NCBI GenBank assembly: GCA_965112735.1
Contig: OZ218953.1
Location: 124,001 to 188,000 of the forward strand
DNA from: Phaeosaccion multiseriatum
Taxonomy: Eukaryota; Protista; Ochrophyta, other classes
Reading direction: 5' to 3'
Length of the DNA: 64,000 nucleotides
The notes under the pieces are model-generated. The model searched no databases, was not told the DNA's origin, and was given only the letters and a program-made list of their open reading frames with translations. This document shows positions 22,623 through 35,930 of the stretch, one piece after another; position 1 is the stretch's first letter, and every line of letters starts with the position of its first letter. The translations under genes and the position numbers were made by a program.

Positions 22623-25600
22623 ATGGGAGGGGCCGAGCAGCAGCAGAACGTGGTGCGCTACTTCCGGGTTCCCGGCGTGCTGCCCCACCACGCCAAGAGC
22701 ATTTTGCTGAAGGCGCAAGCCGCACTGCCAGACCTGGGCATCACGGGTGTTGAGACGGAGCACTGCTTCAATGTGTTGATCGATTCGGCAGAGCCGTTGA
22801 GTGATGAGGCGGAGGAGAGGTTGCTGTGGCTGCTGAAGGAAACCTATGAGCCGGAGCTGACGGCCAAGACGAGTTTCCTGGAGAGTGCATCGGCATCGAC
22901 GGCCACGGCAATCACCTCCCAGTTCGAGGTGGGGCCTCGTATGAATTTCGAAAGTGCCGTGTCTTCGAATGCGAAGAGCATATGCAGAGCAGTGGGGCTG
23001 GAGCAGGTGAAGCGCTTGGAGGTATCCCGCAGGTTTCTGCTAAGCACGTCTGTGGCCATGTCTGGCAGCGACAGAGCTGCTTTCCTCGGCTTGGTGCACG
23101 ACCGCATGACCGAGATGGAGTACGTTGCGCCGCTCACGACGTTCAGCACCGGTTTTGTTCCAGAACCGGTTGCCACAATCCAAGTCCTGGAGCGAGGCAA
23201 GGCCGCGTTGGAGGAGGTGAGCAGCTTGATTGTCTGCTTCCGCTTCTCGGCTTCTATGGGAAACGCTCCTCCTCCTCAACGCCTGCCTGCTGCTGCTCTT
23301 CTTTTCGGCCGCTTGCTCCGCAGGTCAATGCGAAGCGTGGGCTGGGCTTCGACGCCTGGGACTTGGACTTTTATTTAGACCTGTTTCGGGACAAGCTAAA
23401 GCGGAATCCCACAGACGTGGAACTGTTTGACATGGGCCAGGCCAACAGCGAGCACTCTCGCCATTGGTTCTTCTCTGGAAAGATGGTGCTGGATGGGCAA
23501 GAGCAGCCCAAACGCCTCTTCGATCTGGTCAAGGACACCCTGCCCAAGGGACAACCCTCCAACAGGTGAGAGGCTCTCAACTGCGCAGAACAGGCCAACG
23601 AAACGCTCCTCTCCTCATTGCCATGGCCGTGTCTTGTCTGTCTGCGTGCAGCGTCATCGCCTTCCACGACAACTCTTCGAGCATTCGCGGCTTCCCAGAG
23701 GGCGTGCAGCGTCTGCAGCCCTCCGAGCCCGGCTCGGCCTGTCCCTTGAAGCTTACCACCATGCAAAGCAACCCCATTCTCACCGCGGAGACGCACAACT
23801 TTCCCTCCGGAGTGGCGCCCTTCCCCGGGGCCGAGACAGGCACGGGCGGGCGCTTGAGGGACGTCATGGCTACGGGGCAGGGCGCCCACGCCATGGCGGG
23901 CATCTCCGCGTACTGTGTCGGGAACTTGCTCATCCCCGACTACGACCTCCCTTGGTACGTCACGCCTCACGCACTCTCATCGCATCTTCTGTACTTGGTC
24001 TTCCCTCTCTCACCTCTGTGCGTTCCGTTCGTCCGTCCCGTCCCCCGCGCCGCCCTCTTTCTTGCCTTCCAAGGGAGCAAAAGGAAGCGGACGCTCTTTA
24101 CGCCCCAAACCTCGCTTCGCCGCTGGAAATTATTGTGGAAGCGAGCAACGGGGCAAGCGATTATGGCAACAAGTTCGGCGAGCCGGTGAGGGCATGTTGC
24201 GGAGGTGTTCTTGCCTCGTAGCGGGGATGTCTTTGCCGCTTCTCCGCAGCAGTTTGTTTCCGACGCCCCCCCCCCCTCAGCCTTGACAGCCTTGTCCCTT
24301 CTCTTACCTCCCCTTCGCAGGTGGTGCACGGCTTCAGTCGCTCATTCGGACAGCGCTTGCCCAACGGAGAGCGTATGGAGTACGTCAAACCCATCATGTT
24401 CAGCGCAGGCATCGGACAGATGGACCACAACCACAGCGTCAAGGGGGAGCCTGAGGTGGGCATGTGGGTGGTCAAAGTCGGCGGGCCGGCCTACCGCATC
24501 GGCGTGGGAGGGGGAGCGGCCTCCAGCAGACTCGGCGGAGACCAAGAGACTGCCGCGCTGGACTTCGACGCAGTGCAGCGGGGAGACGCAGAGATGGAGA
24601 ACAGGGTGAACCGACTCATGAGGGCGTGCGTGGAGCTCGGCCCCGACAACCCCATTGTGTCTGTGCACGACCAGGGCGCGGGCGGTAACGGCAATGTGCT
24701 CAAGGAGATTGTTGACCCGGCGGGCGCAGTCTATGACATTCGAAAGGTGGGCAGCGAGCAAAAGCTTCTTTTGGGGCCCAGAAGGGCCCAGAAGGGGGCT
24801 TTATCGCCTAACCTATGAAGCCCTCTCTCCTCTACTTGTCCTTGCCACAGCTCCTCATCGGGGACGAAACCATGAGTGTTTTGGAAATTTGGGGTGCGGA
24901 GTACCAGGAGAACAACGCCCTGCTGCTCCGGCCACAGCATGCCGACCTCTTCCGGAAGATGGCATTGCGAGAGAGCTGCCCCGTGGCCTTCCTGGGGCAA
25001 GTCTCGGGGGACGGCAGAGTCAAGGTGTTTGACTCACGAGACAACACAACGCCCTACGACTTGCCCCTCGCCCAAGTGCTCGGGGACTTGCCGCAGAAGG
25101 AGTTCCGTGACTCGTCCAGCGCTGGGGTGGGGCAGGACCTCAGGCCGCTGGAGCTGCCGCCACAGCTCACGGTCAGTGACGCCTTGGAGCGGGTGCTGCG
25201 GCTGCTGCACGTAGGGTCGAAGCGCTTCCTCACCAATAAAGTGGACCGGTATGTGTATGTGTATGTGTGTGTCAAGAGGAGGAGGGGGGTTGTCACACCA
25301 GCCGGTCTCTCATTGTCTTCCACTTTGCAGGTCTGTGTCTGGGCTTGTTGCTCAGCAGCAATGCGTGGGGCCGCTGGAGACTCCTCTGGCCAACTGCGCG
25401 GTTCTCGCTAGCTCGTACGAGGGCTTGACTGGTATAGTGACTGCCTGTGGCGAGCAGCCCATCAAGGGACTTGTCAACAGCGCAGCCATGGCCCGCCTCA
25501 CGCTGGCGGAGGCCCTCACCAACGCAGTGTGGGCCAAGGTGCGTCAGAGTCGGATGGTAGGGGTAGGGGAGGAGCGGTGAGTGAGAGCTTATTCGCACCG

Positions 25601-25817
25601 GGCCCGCTCTGCTGCTCTGCTCAGGTGACCAAACTGTCCGACTTTAAGGCCTCCGGGAACTGGATGTGGGCAAGTAAGCTCCCCGGGGAGTGTGTGAAGA
25701 TGTGGAACGCGTGCGTGGCGCTGAGGCAGGCATGCCTGGACACGGGCGTGGGCATCGACGGGGGCAAAGACAGCCTCTCCATGGCGGCCAAGGTGAGCAG
25801 AGTGCACGCACCGCGAG

Positions 25818-25854
<37 letters not shown>

Positions 25855-27814
25855 CCTTCGAGTGGCATCGCTGACATTTGACGTGCCCCCGCCCCTACCC
25901 CCCTCGCAGTGCGGAAAAGAGCTGGTCAAGTCGCCCGGCACCCTCGTCATGACTCTATACAACACATGCCCGGACATCACCAAGACCGTCACGCCCGACC
26001 TCAAGCTGCCGGGGAGAGAGCACGGCTGCCTCCTGTACATCGACCTGGGCGGGGGGAGGAGTCGCACGGGGGGCTCGTCTCTGGCGCAGGCCTACGGTCA
26101 GGTGGGAGACGAGACCCCGGACGTGGAGGACTTCAAGCCCCTCGTCGCCGCCTTCGAAACAACGCAGGTAGGTCACAAGGCTGTCCCTCATGTGGCGGCC
26201 GGCTGCTGTGGAGCGCTCTTCCCCTCACCTCCCTCCTTCTCCTCTCCTGTTTGCACAGACCCTGCTTGACTCACGTAGCATCTCAGCCGGGCATGACCGG
26301 AGCGACGGCGGTTTGCTTGTGACCCTGCTCGAGATGGCCTTCTCCGGCAATGTGGGCTTTGCGGTGGAGGTGCCCGCCTTGGAGGGGTGCAGCGCGCTGG
26401 AGACGCTCTTCGGGGAGGAGGCGGGCTTGGTGATAGAGGTGGCCGCCAAGGACAAGGAGCAAGTCGTCAAGGCCTACGCAACTGCAGGGGTTGCATGCCT
26501 GCACGTCGGACACTCCACAGTCGACAAGACCGTCTCAGTGAGGGTGGGCGAGGAGGAGGTGCTGACGGGGGTGTCCATGCCCAAGCTCAGGGATGTGTGG
26601 GAAGCGACCAGCTTTCAACTCATGCGCCGCCAAACGAACCCCGAGTGTGTGGCCCAAGAGGAAGCCTTGCTCGCAGGTGCGTCGTTTCGCTGGCCTACCT
26701 ACGTACCCATGTATCTACATACCCATGTATCTACATACCCATGTATCTACATACCCTCCTCGCTGGTGGGTGTAACGACCTGGAGCTCACTCCACTCTCT
26801 CTCTCTCTCTCTCTCCTGTGGCCACAGGTCGTAAGGGCTCAGACTACACGCTCACCTTCCCCTTGAAGGCCTCGCCCGTCGCCGTCTCTGGAGTCAGTGT
26901 CCCGAAGGTTTGCGTGCTGCGCCACGAGGGCTCCAACGGAGATCGGGAGATGTGTGCCGCCTTCCACGCGGCCGGGCTTGAGGCGTGGGATGTGAATATG
27001 AATGACCTTCTCTCCGGCGCGGTCAGTCTAAATGCTTTCCAGGTAAGGAAGGCGTGTACCCCCCCCTCCACCCCTTCCGTGGTGCTGACTCCTCTTCCCT
27101 GTGCGAACACTTACGCCCCCCACTGCTGTTGTCTGTCAGGGCATCGCCTTTGTGGGCGGCTTCAGCTACGCCGACGTGCTGGACAGCGCCAAGGGCTGGG
27201 CAAGCGCCATCAAGTTCAGCCCCGCCGTGCTCGCCCAGTTCGAGGCCTTCCGACAGCGGAAGGACACCTTCTCGCTCGGGGTGTGCAATGGCTGCCAGCT
27301 CATGGCCCTGCTGGGCTGGATCCCCGGCACCGCCCTTGCAGGTGCCGACGAGAAGCACCAACCCCGCTTCATTCACAACACGAGTGGTCGCTATGAGTCG
27401 CGGTGGAGTACCGTCCAGGTTCAGCCCAGCCCTGCAGTCCTGCTCAAAGGCATGGAGGGGAGCAGCTTGGGAGTGTGGGTCGCGCACGGCGAGGGCCACC
27501 TCCACTTTCCGGATGCAAGCGTCAAGGAGACTGTGCAGAAGGAGAAGCTCTGTCCACTCAAGTTTGTGGACGAGGAAAATGCCCCCACCGAGGTGTATCC
27601 CTTCAACCCGAACGGTTCGCCGGGAGGCATGACTGCTCTCTGTTCTGAGGATGGTCGTCACCTTGCGATGATGCCCCACCCTGAGCGATGCTTCGCTAGC
27701 TGGCAATGCCCCTATCTGCCTGCGCACATGCAGGACGCAGCAAACCCGGCCGTCGGGCCGTGGCTGAAGATGTTTCAGAACGCGAAAGAGTGGTGCGAGA
27801 GCGTTGCGCCTTAG
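22623..27814 (+). CDS. PFAS: Phosphoribosylformylglycinamidine synthase (large PurL), multi-exon
   Basis: HDRMTE, QANSEHSRHWFF, AETHNFP, GASDYGNKFGEP, KPIMFSAG, HDQGAGG, KRFLTNKVDRSV, GGKDSLSM, HDRSDGG, GGFSYAD, LGVCNGCQ, AMMPHPER. Confidence 0.98.
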
Positions 27815-27915
27815 TTGGTTGGCCCAGCGCGGTGGGGTAGATAACTCATACTTTAGCCACAATTTGAGTTGATTCTTTGTATATTTGATGTACGGAGGCT
27901 TCCTTCGTGTGGACT

Positions 27916-30758
<2,843 letters not shown>

Positions 30759-31287
30759 CCTTCCCCAAACAAGCACCTCTGGAGACGGGGGGAAGGAGAA
30801 GGAGCGGCGGTGGCCTCCTCAGTCCTGCTCCGGGAGAGAGGGGGGGAGGGGGGGGGATTACCCACACATTGTTGTACTTCGAAGACGTCCAAGGCCTCTT
30901 TGTCCTTTCAATGGGGTGTTGCTCCTGGCCGGTGGAGATCTGCTACTTTTCCTGTGGCTGCTCCTTCTTCCGTCACTTCAGGTCGTGTTTTGGTGGGAGA
31001 AAAAAAATGTTTGATCCGTTAGGGCAACTTTTAACAGCCCAAAGACGTATAGAGGATACATTCATATCGAATAAATATCGAATCCCCCCCCGTTTAGTCG
31101 CCTGCCGTACTACTAAGGAGGAGATTACTAGTGGTTCTAACTTAATTATCGGGAGGGGACCCCTGCAAGGCAAGCCTGTCTGTTTCCTGTTTCTGACAGG
31201 CGCGAGCCGACCAACCTCAAATTTGGGTCCTTACATGCCTACTGGCTGACTGCCCAGGGGGGGGGGTGGGGAGGGCTGGTGTTGATG

Positions 31288-31404
31288 TCAACCCCTGATG
31301 CACTGTCCGCTATCCGCTATCGCCGGCGCCAGCCGGCACGCTATCCGCTATCCGATAGCGCGCTATCGAGAATGTGGGCGATAGTGCGTCAGGTCAGGGG
31401 TCAG
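31288..31404. mobile_element. MITE-like element, family B copy 1
   Basis: TIR TCAACCCCTGATGCAC / GTGCGTCAGG(TCAGG)GGTCAG; TTGATG directly repeated at 31282-31287 and 31405-31410. Confidence 0.75.
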
Positions 31405-31452
31405 TTGATGACTGCCGATAAAAGCCCACAGGAGAAAGCAATTAGATTGGAA

Positions 31453-31489
<37 letters not shown>

Positions 31490-31776
31490 CCTCAGACTGG
31501 CCTAGAAGCCTATGCTCTAGGCCCTAGGCCGAGCGACCTACGGCCGCTCTAGGCCGGCCATTTTTTCTCCCTAGGCCGGCCGTTGTAGGCCTAGGCCTCG
31601 ACCTATCTGATTACTGATTACGGCCGGCGCAGCCGGCCTGATTACTGATTATGGCGCCAGCCGGCCTGGTTGCTGATTGCAGCCGGTGACCAGCCGGCCT
31701 GATTACTGATTATGCGCCAGCCGGGGGCTGATTACCGATTACGGCCGGCGCACACCGTAACCTTGTCCAGGGTCGA

Positions 31777-34700
31777 AGGGAGGGAGGGAGGGAGGGAGGC
31801 AGGGAGGGAGGGAGGCAGGCAGGCAGGGAGGGAGGGAGGGAGAGAGGGAGGGAGGGAAGGAGGGAGGGAGGGAGGGAGGGAGGGAGGGAGGGAGGGAGGG
31901 AGGGAGGGAGGGAGGGAGGGAGGGAGGGAGGGAGGGAGGGAGGGAGGGAGGGAGGGAGGGAGGGGGGGAGGGAGGGAGGGAGGGAGGGAGGGAGGGAGGG
32001 AGGGAGGGAGGGAGGGAGGGAGGGAGGGAGGGAGGGAGGGAGGGAGGGAGGGAGGGAGGGAGGGAGGGAGGGAGGGAGGGAGGGAGGGAGGGAGGGAGGG
32101 AGGGAGGGAGGGAGGGAGGGAGGGAGGGAGGGAGGGAGGGAGGGAGGGAGGGAGGGAGGGAGGGAGGGAGGGAGGGAGGGAGGGAGGGAGGGAGGGAGGG
32201 AGGGAGGGAGGGAGGGAGGGAGGGAGGGAGGGAGGGAGGGAGGGAGGGAGGGAGGGAGGGAGGGAGGGAGGGAGGGAGGGAGGAAGGGAGGGACAGAGGG
32301 GTAGAGGGATAGAAGGAGGTAGGGAGGGATGTAAAACAACAAGCGCTGTCGCCTACAGATAGTGTAAAACGACATGCGCTGTCGCCTACAGATAGGATAG
32401 AACTAGACACACGGACAAGGTAGCAGCAACCCCAAAGCCAGCCTAGCAGCCAGTCTTGCCTCTATTAACTTATCGCATGCTAGTCCTAAACGACCACCTA
32501 CGCACGTAGGATAGTGAGAGCCACGCCACTCGTTCTCACCGTATCTGCCTGGGCCTGGGCCATTGACTTACGAATCGACTTTCCACAGGGAGGAATAGCG
32601 GGATAGAGGGAGGGAGGGTGGGATGGAGGGAGGGGCAGAGGGAGGGGCGGAGGGAGGGAGGGGGGGAGGGAGGAGGGAGGGAGGGAGGAAGGGAGGGAGG
32701 GAGGGAGGGAGGGAAGGAGGGAGGGAGGGAGGGAGGGAGGAAGGGAGGGAGGGAGGGAGGGAGGGAGGGAGGGAGGGAGGGAGGGAGGGAGGGAGGGAGG
32801 GAGGGAGGGAGGGAGGGAGGGAGGGAGGGAGGGAGGGAGGGAGGGAGGGAGGGAGGGAGGGAGGGAGGGAGGGAGAGGGAGGGAGGGAGGGAGGGAGGGA
32901 GTGAGGGAGGGAGGGAAGGAGGGAGGGAGTGAGGGAGGGAGAAAGGAAGGAAGGAAGGGAGGGAGGGAGGGAGAGAGAGAGGGAGGCAGGGAGGGAGGGT
33001 GGGAGGCAGGCAGGGAGGGAGGGAGGGAGGGAGGGAAGTGTAGAGGGAGGGAGGGAGGGAGGGAGTGAGGGAGGGAGGGAGGGAGGGAGGGAGGGAGGGA
33101 GGGAGGGAGGGAGGGAGGGAGGGAGGGAGGGAGGGAGGGAGGGAGGGAGGGAGGGAGGGAGGGAGGGAGGGAGGGAGGGAGGGAGGGAGGGAGGGAGGGA
33201 GGGAGGGAGGGAGGGAGGGAGGGAGGGAGGGAGGGAGGGAGGGAGGGAGGGAGGGAGGGAGGGAGGGAGGGAGGGAGGGAGGGAGGGAGGGAGGGAGGGA
33301 GGGAGGGAGGGAGGGAGGGAGGGAGGGAGGGAGGGAGGGAGGGAGGGAGGGAGGGAGGGAGGGAGGGAGGGAGGGAGGGAGGGAGGGAGGGAGGGAGGGA
33401 GGGAGGGAGGGAGGGAGGGAGGGAGGGAGGGAGGGAGGGAGGGAGGGAGGGAGGGAGGGAGGGAGGGAGGGAGGGAGGGAGGGAGGGAGGGAGGGAGGGA
33501 GGGAGGGAGGGAGGGAGGGAGGGAGGGAGGGAGGGAAGGAGGGAGGGAGGGAGGGAGGGAGGGAGGGAGGGAGGGAGGGAGGGAGGGAGGGAGGGAGGGA
33601 GGGAGGGAGGGAGGGAGGGAGGGAGGGAGGGAGGGAGGGAGGGAGGGAGGGAGGGAGGGAGGGAGGGAGGGAGGGAGGGAGGGAGGGAGGGAGGGAGGGA
33701 GGGAGGGAGGGAGGGAGGGAGGGAGGGAGGGAGGGAGGGAGGGAGGGAGGGAGGGAGGGAGGGAGGGAGGGAGGGAGGGAGGGAGGGAGGGAGGGAGGGA
33801 GGGAGGGAGGGAGGGAGGGAGGGAGGGAGGGAGGGAGGGAGGGAGGGAGGGAGGGAGGGAGGGAGGGAGGGAGGGAGGGAGGGAGGGAGGGAGGGAGGGA
33901 GGGAGGGAGGGAGGGAGGGAGGGAGGGAGGGAGGGAGGGAGGGAGGGAGGGAGGGAGGGAGGGAGGGAGGGAGGGAGGGAGGGAGGGAGGGAGGGAGGGA
34001 GGGAGGGAGGGAGGGAGGGAGGGAGGGAGGGAGGGAGGGAGGGAGGGAGGGAGGGAGGGAGGGAGGGAGGGAGGGAGGGAGGGAGGGAGGGAGGGAGGGA
34101 GGGAGGGAGGGAGGGAGGGAGGGAGGGAGGGAGGGAGGGAGGGAGGGAGGGAGGGAGGGAGGGAGGGAGGGAGGGAGGGAGGGAGGGAGGGAGGGAGGGA
34201 GGGAGGGAGGGAGGGAGGGAGGGAGGGAGGGAGGGAGGGAGGGAGGGAGGGAGGGAGGGAGGGAGGGAGGGAGGGAGGGAGGGAGGGAGGGAGGGAGGGA
34301 GGGAGGGAGGGAGGGAGGGAGGGAGGGAGGGAGGGAGGGAGGGAGGGAGGGAGGGAGGGAGGGAGGGAGGGAGGGAGGGAGGGAGGGAGGGAGGGAGGGA
34401 GGGAGGGAGGGAGGGAGGGAGGGAGGGAGGGAGGGAGGGAGGGAGGGAGGGAGGGAGGGAGGGAGGGAGGGAGGGAGGGAGGGAGGGAGGGAGGGAGGGA
34501 GGGAGGGAGGGAGGGAGGGAGGGAGGGAGGGAGGGAGGGAGGGAGGGAGGGAGGGAGGGAGGGAGGGAGGGAGGGAGGGAGGGAGGGAGGGAGGGAGGGA
34601 GGGAGGGAGGGAGGGAGGGAGGGAGGGAGGGAGGGAGGGAGGGAGGGAGGGAGGGAGGGAGGGAGGGAGGGAGGGAGGGAGGGAGGGAGGGAGGGAGGGA

Positions 34701-34865
34701 GGGAGGGAGGGAGGGAGGGAGGGAGGGAGGGAGGGAGGGAGGGAGGGAGGGAGGGAGGGAGGGAGGGAGGGAGGGAGGGAGGGAGGGAGGGAGGGAGGGA
34801 GGGAGGGAGGGAGGGAGGGAGGGAGGGAGGGAGGGAGGGAGGGAGGGAGGGAGGGAGGGAGGGAG
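31777..34865 (+). repeat. (GGGA)n array, interrupted at 32330-32587
   Basis: Near-pure at 31777-32280 and 33069-34865, degenerate around the interruption. Confidence 0.97.
32330..32587. mobile_element. Possible solo-LTR-like insertion in the GGGA array
   Basis: Begins TGTAAAA and ends TTTCCACA; GGGA on both sides (uninformative here); 33-bp tandem duplication at the left end. Confidence 0.4.
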
Positions 34866-35174
34866 TCGACCCTGGACAAGATTATCTGATTACTGATTAC
34901 GGCCGGCGCAGCCGGCCTGATTACTGATTATGACCGGCGCCAGCCGGCCTGGTTGCTTACAGCCGGTGACCAGCCGGCCTGAGTAGTGATTATGCGCCAG
35001 CTGGGGGCTGATTACTGATTGCGGTCCCGGGGCACACCGTAATCTTGTCCAGGGTCAATAGGCCTAGGCCGGGGGGGCTGCGCCAAAAATAGGCCTAGGC
35101 CGGGGGCCTGCGCCCCCCCCCCTAGGCCGGCCAAATTTTGACTCTAGGCCGAGGCTTCTAGGCCAGTCTGGGGC

Positions 35175-35236
<62 letters not shown>

Positions 35237-35313
35237 TAGCGAGAGAAAGAGAGAGAGAGAGCGAGAGAGGGATAGGGCGACAGAGAGGGAGAGAGAGACC
35301 CGCAGCTTGTCGA

Positions 35314-35772
35314 CCCCTGACGCACCATCGCCCAAATTCTCGATAGCGCGCTATCCGACATCGGATAGCGGATCGGCTGGCGCCGGCGATAGCGGATAGC
35401 TGATAGTGTATCATGTTAGTGTATGGGCAGGACATCGACATTGGATATCGAGGACGTCTCTTTCGGTCAGATTCGGGACAGTGGGAGGGATTCAGTGACG
35501 AGGCCGCGGTGTGGCAAGTAGGCGAGAGAGGGCAAGGGAAGGAACAAGGACAAAGGGAAACGCAAGGCACTAGGACAGGTGTCAGGACAAGCAATACGTG
35601 AAGGGTGGTGTAGGACAGTAGCGCGTCTATCAATACATCACCACTTTACATCTACATATCTTCTCCGTCACTTGTAGGAGGGTTGGAGTGAGCAGCAGAC
35701 CACTAGGTGGTTGCTGAGAGCTGTTCCGAGAAGGGTCGCCACTGCCCTGGCTCGGAGGCTAACAATCAGGGG
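35314..35772. mobile_element. Family B copy 2 (35310-35776 including TCGA ends), split by a solo LTR
   Basis: TCGACCCCTGACGCACCATC ... GATAGTGTATCA[insert]GGGGTCGA; inverted homologue of copy 1. Confidence 0.75.
35414..35764. mobile_element. Solo LTR (351 bp)
   Basis: TGTTAG...CTAACA inverted termini; ATCA duplicated at 35410-35413 and 35765-35768; removing it restores the host TIR. Confidence 0.8.
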
Positions 35773-35930
35773 TCGAGGCTGGCGCCGGCCGATAGCAGAT
35801 AGCGCGCCGGCTGGCGCCGGCGATAGCGGATAGCGCAGGGTAGCGCGCCGGCTGGCGGCGATAGCGGATAGCACGCCGGCTGGCGCCGGCAATAGCGGTG
35901 ATCGATATCCGCTATCCGCAATCGCCCTGT

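Larger units (their letters stand above)
31486..35177. mobile_element. Composite non-autonomous TIR element, family A copy 1, containing C-(GGGA)n-C
   Basis: 26-bp TIR TCGGCC(T/C)CAGACTGGCCTAGAAGCCT with 1 mismatch; lies within (GA)n with AGAGAG on both sides; nested C modules at 31598-31776 and 34866-35058. Confidence 0.85.

Noticed and set aside
31598-35058. piggyBac-like elements with a TCGA target (the C TIR CCCTGGACAAGATTA resembles CCCTAGAAAGATA)
   Set aside because: Family A ends TCGG/CCGA are inverted rather than direct, and 6-bp duplications lie outside the tetranucleotide, so it is better read as part of the TIR; not fully excluded
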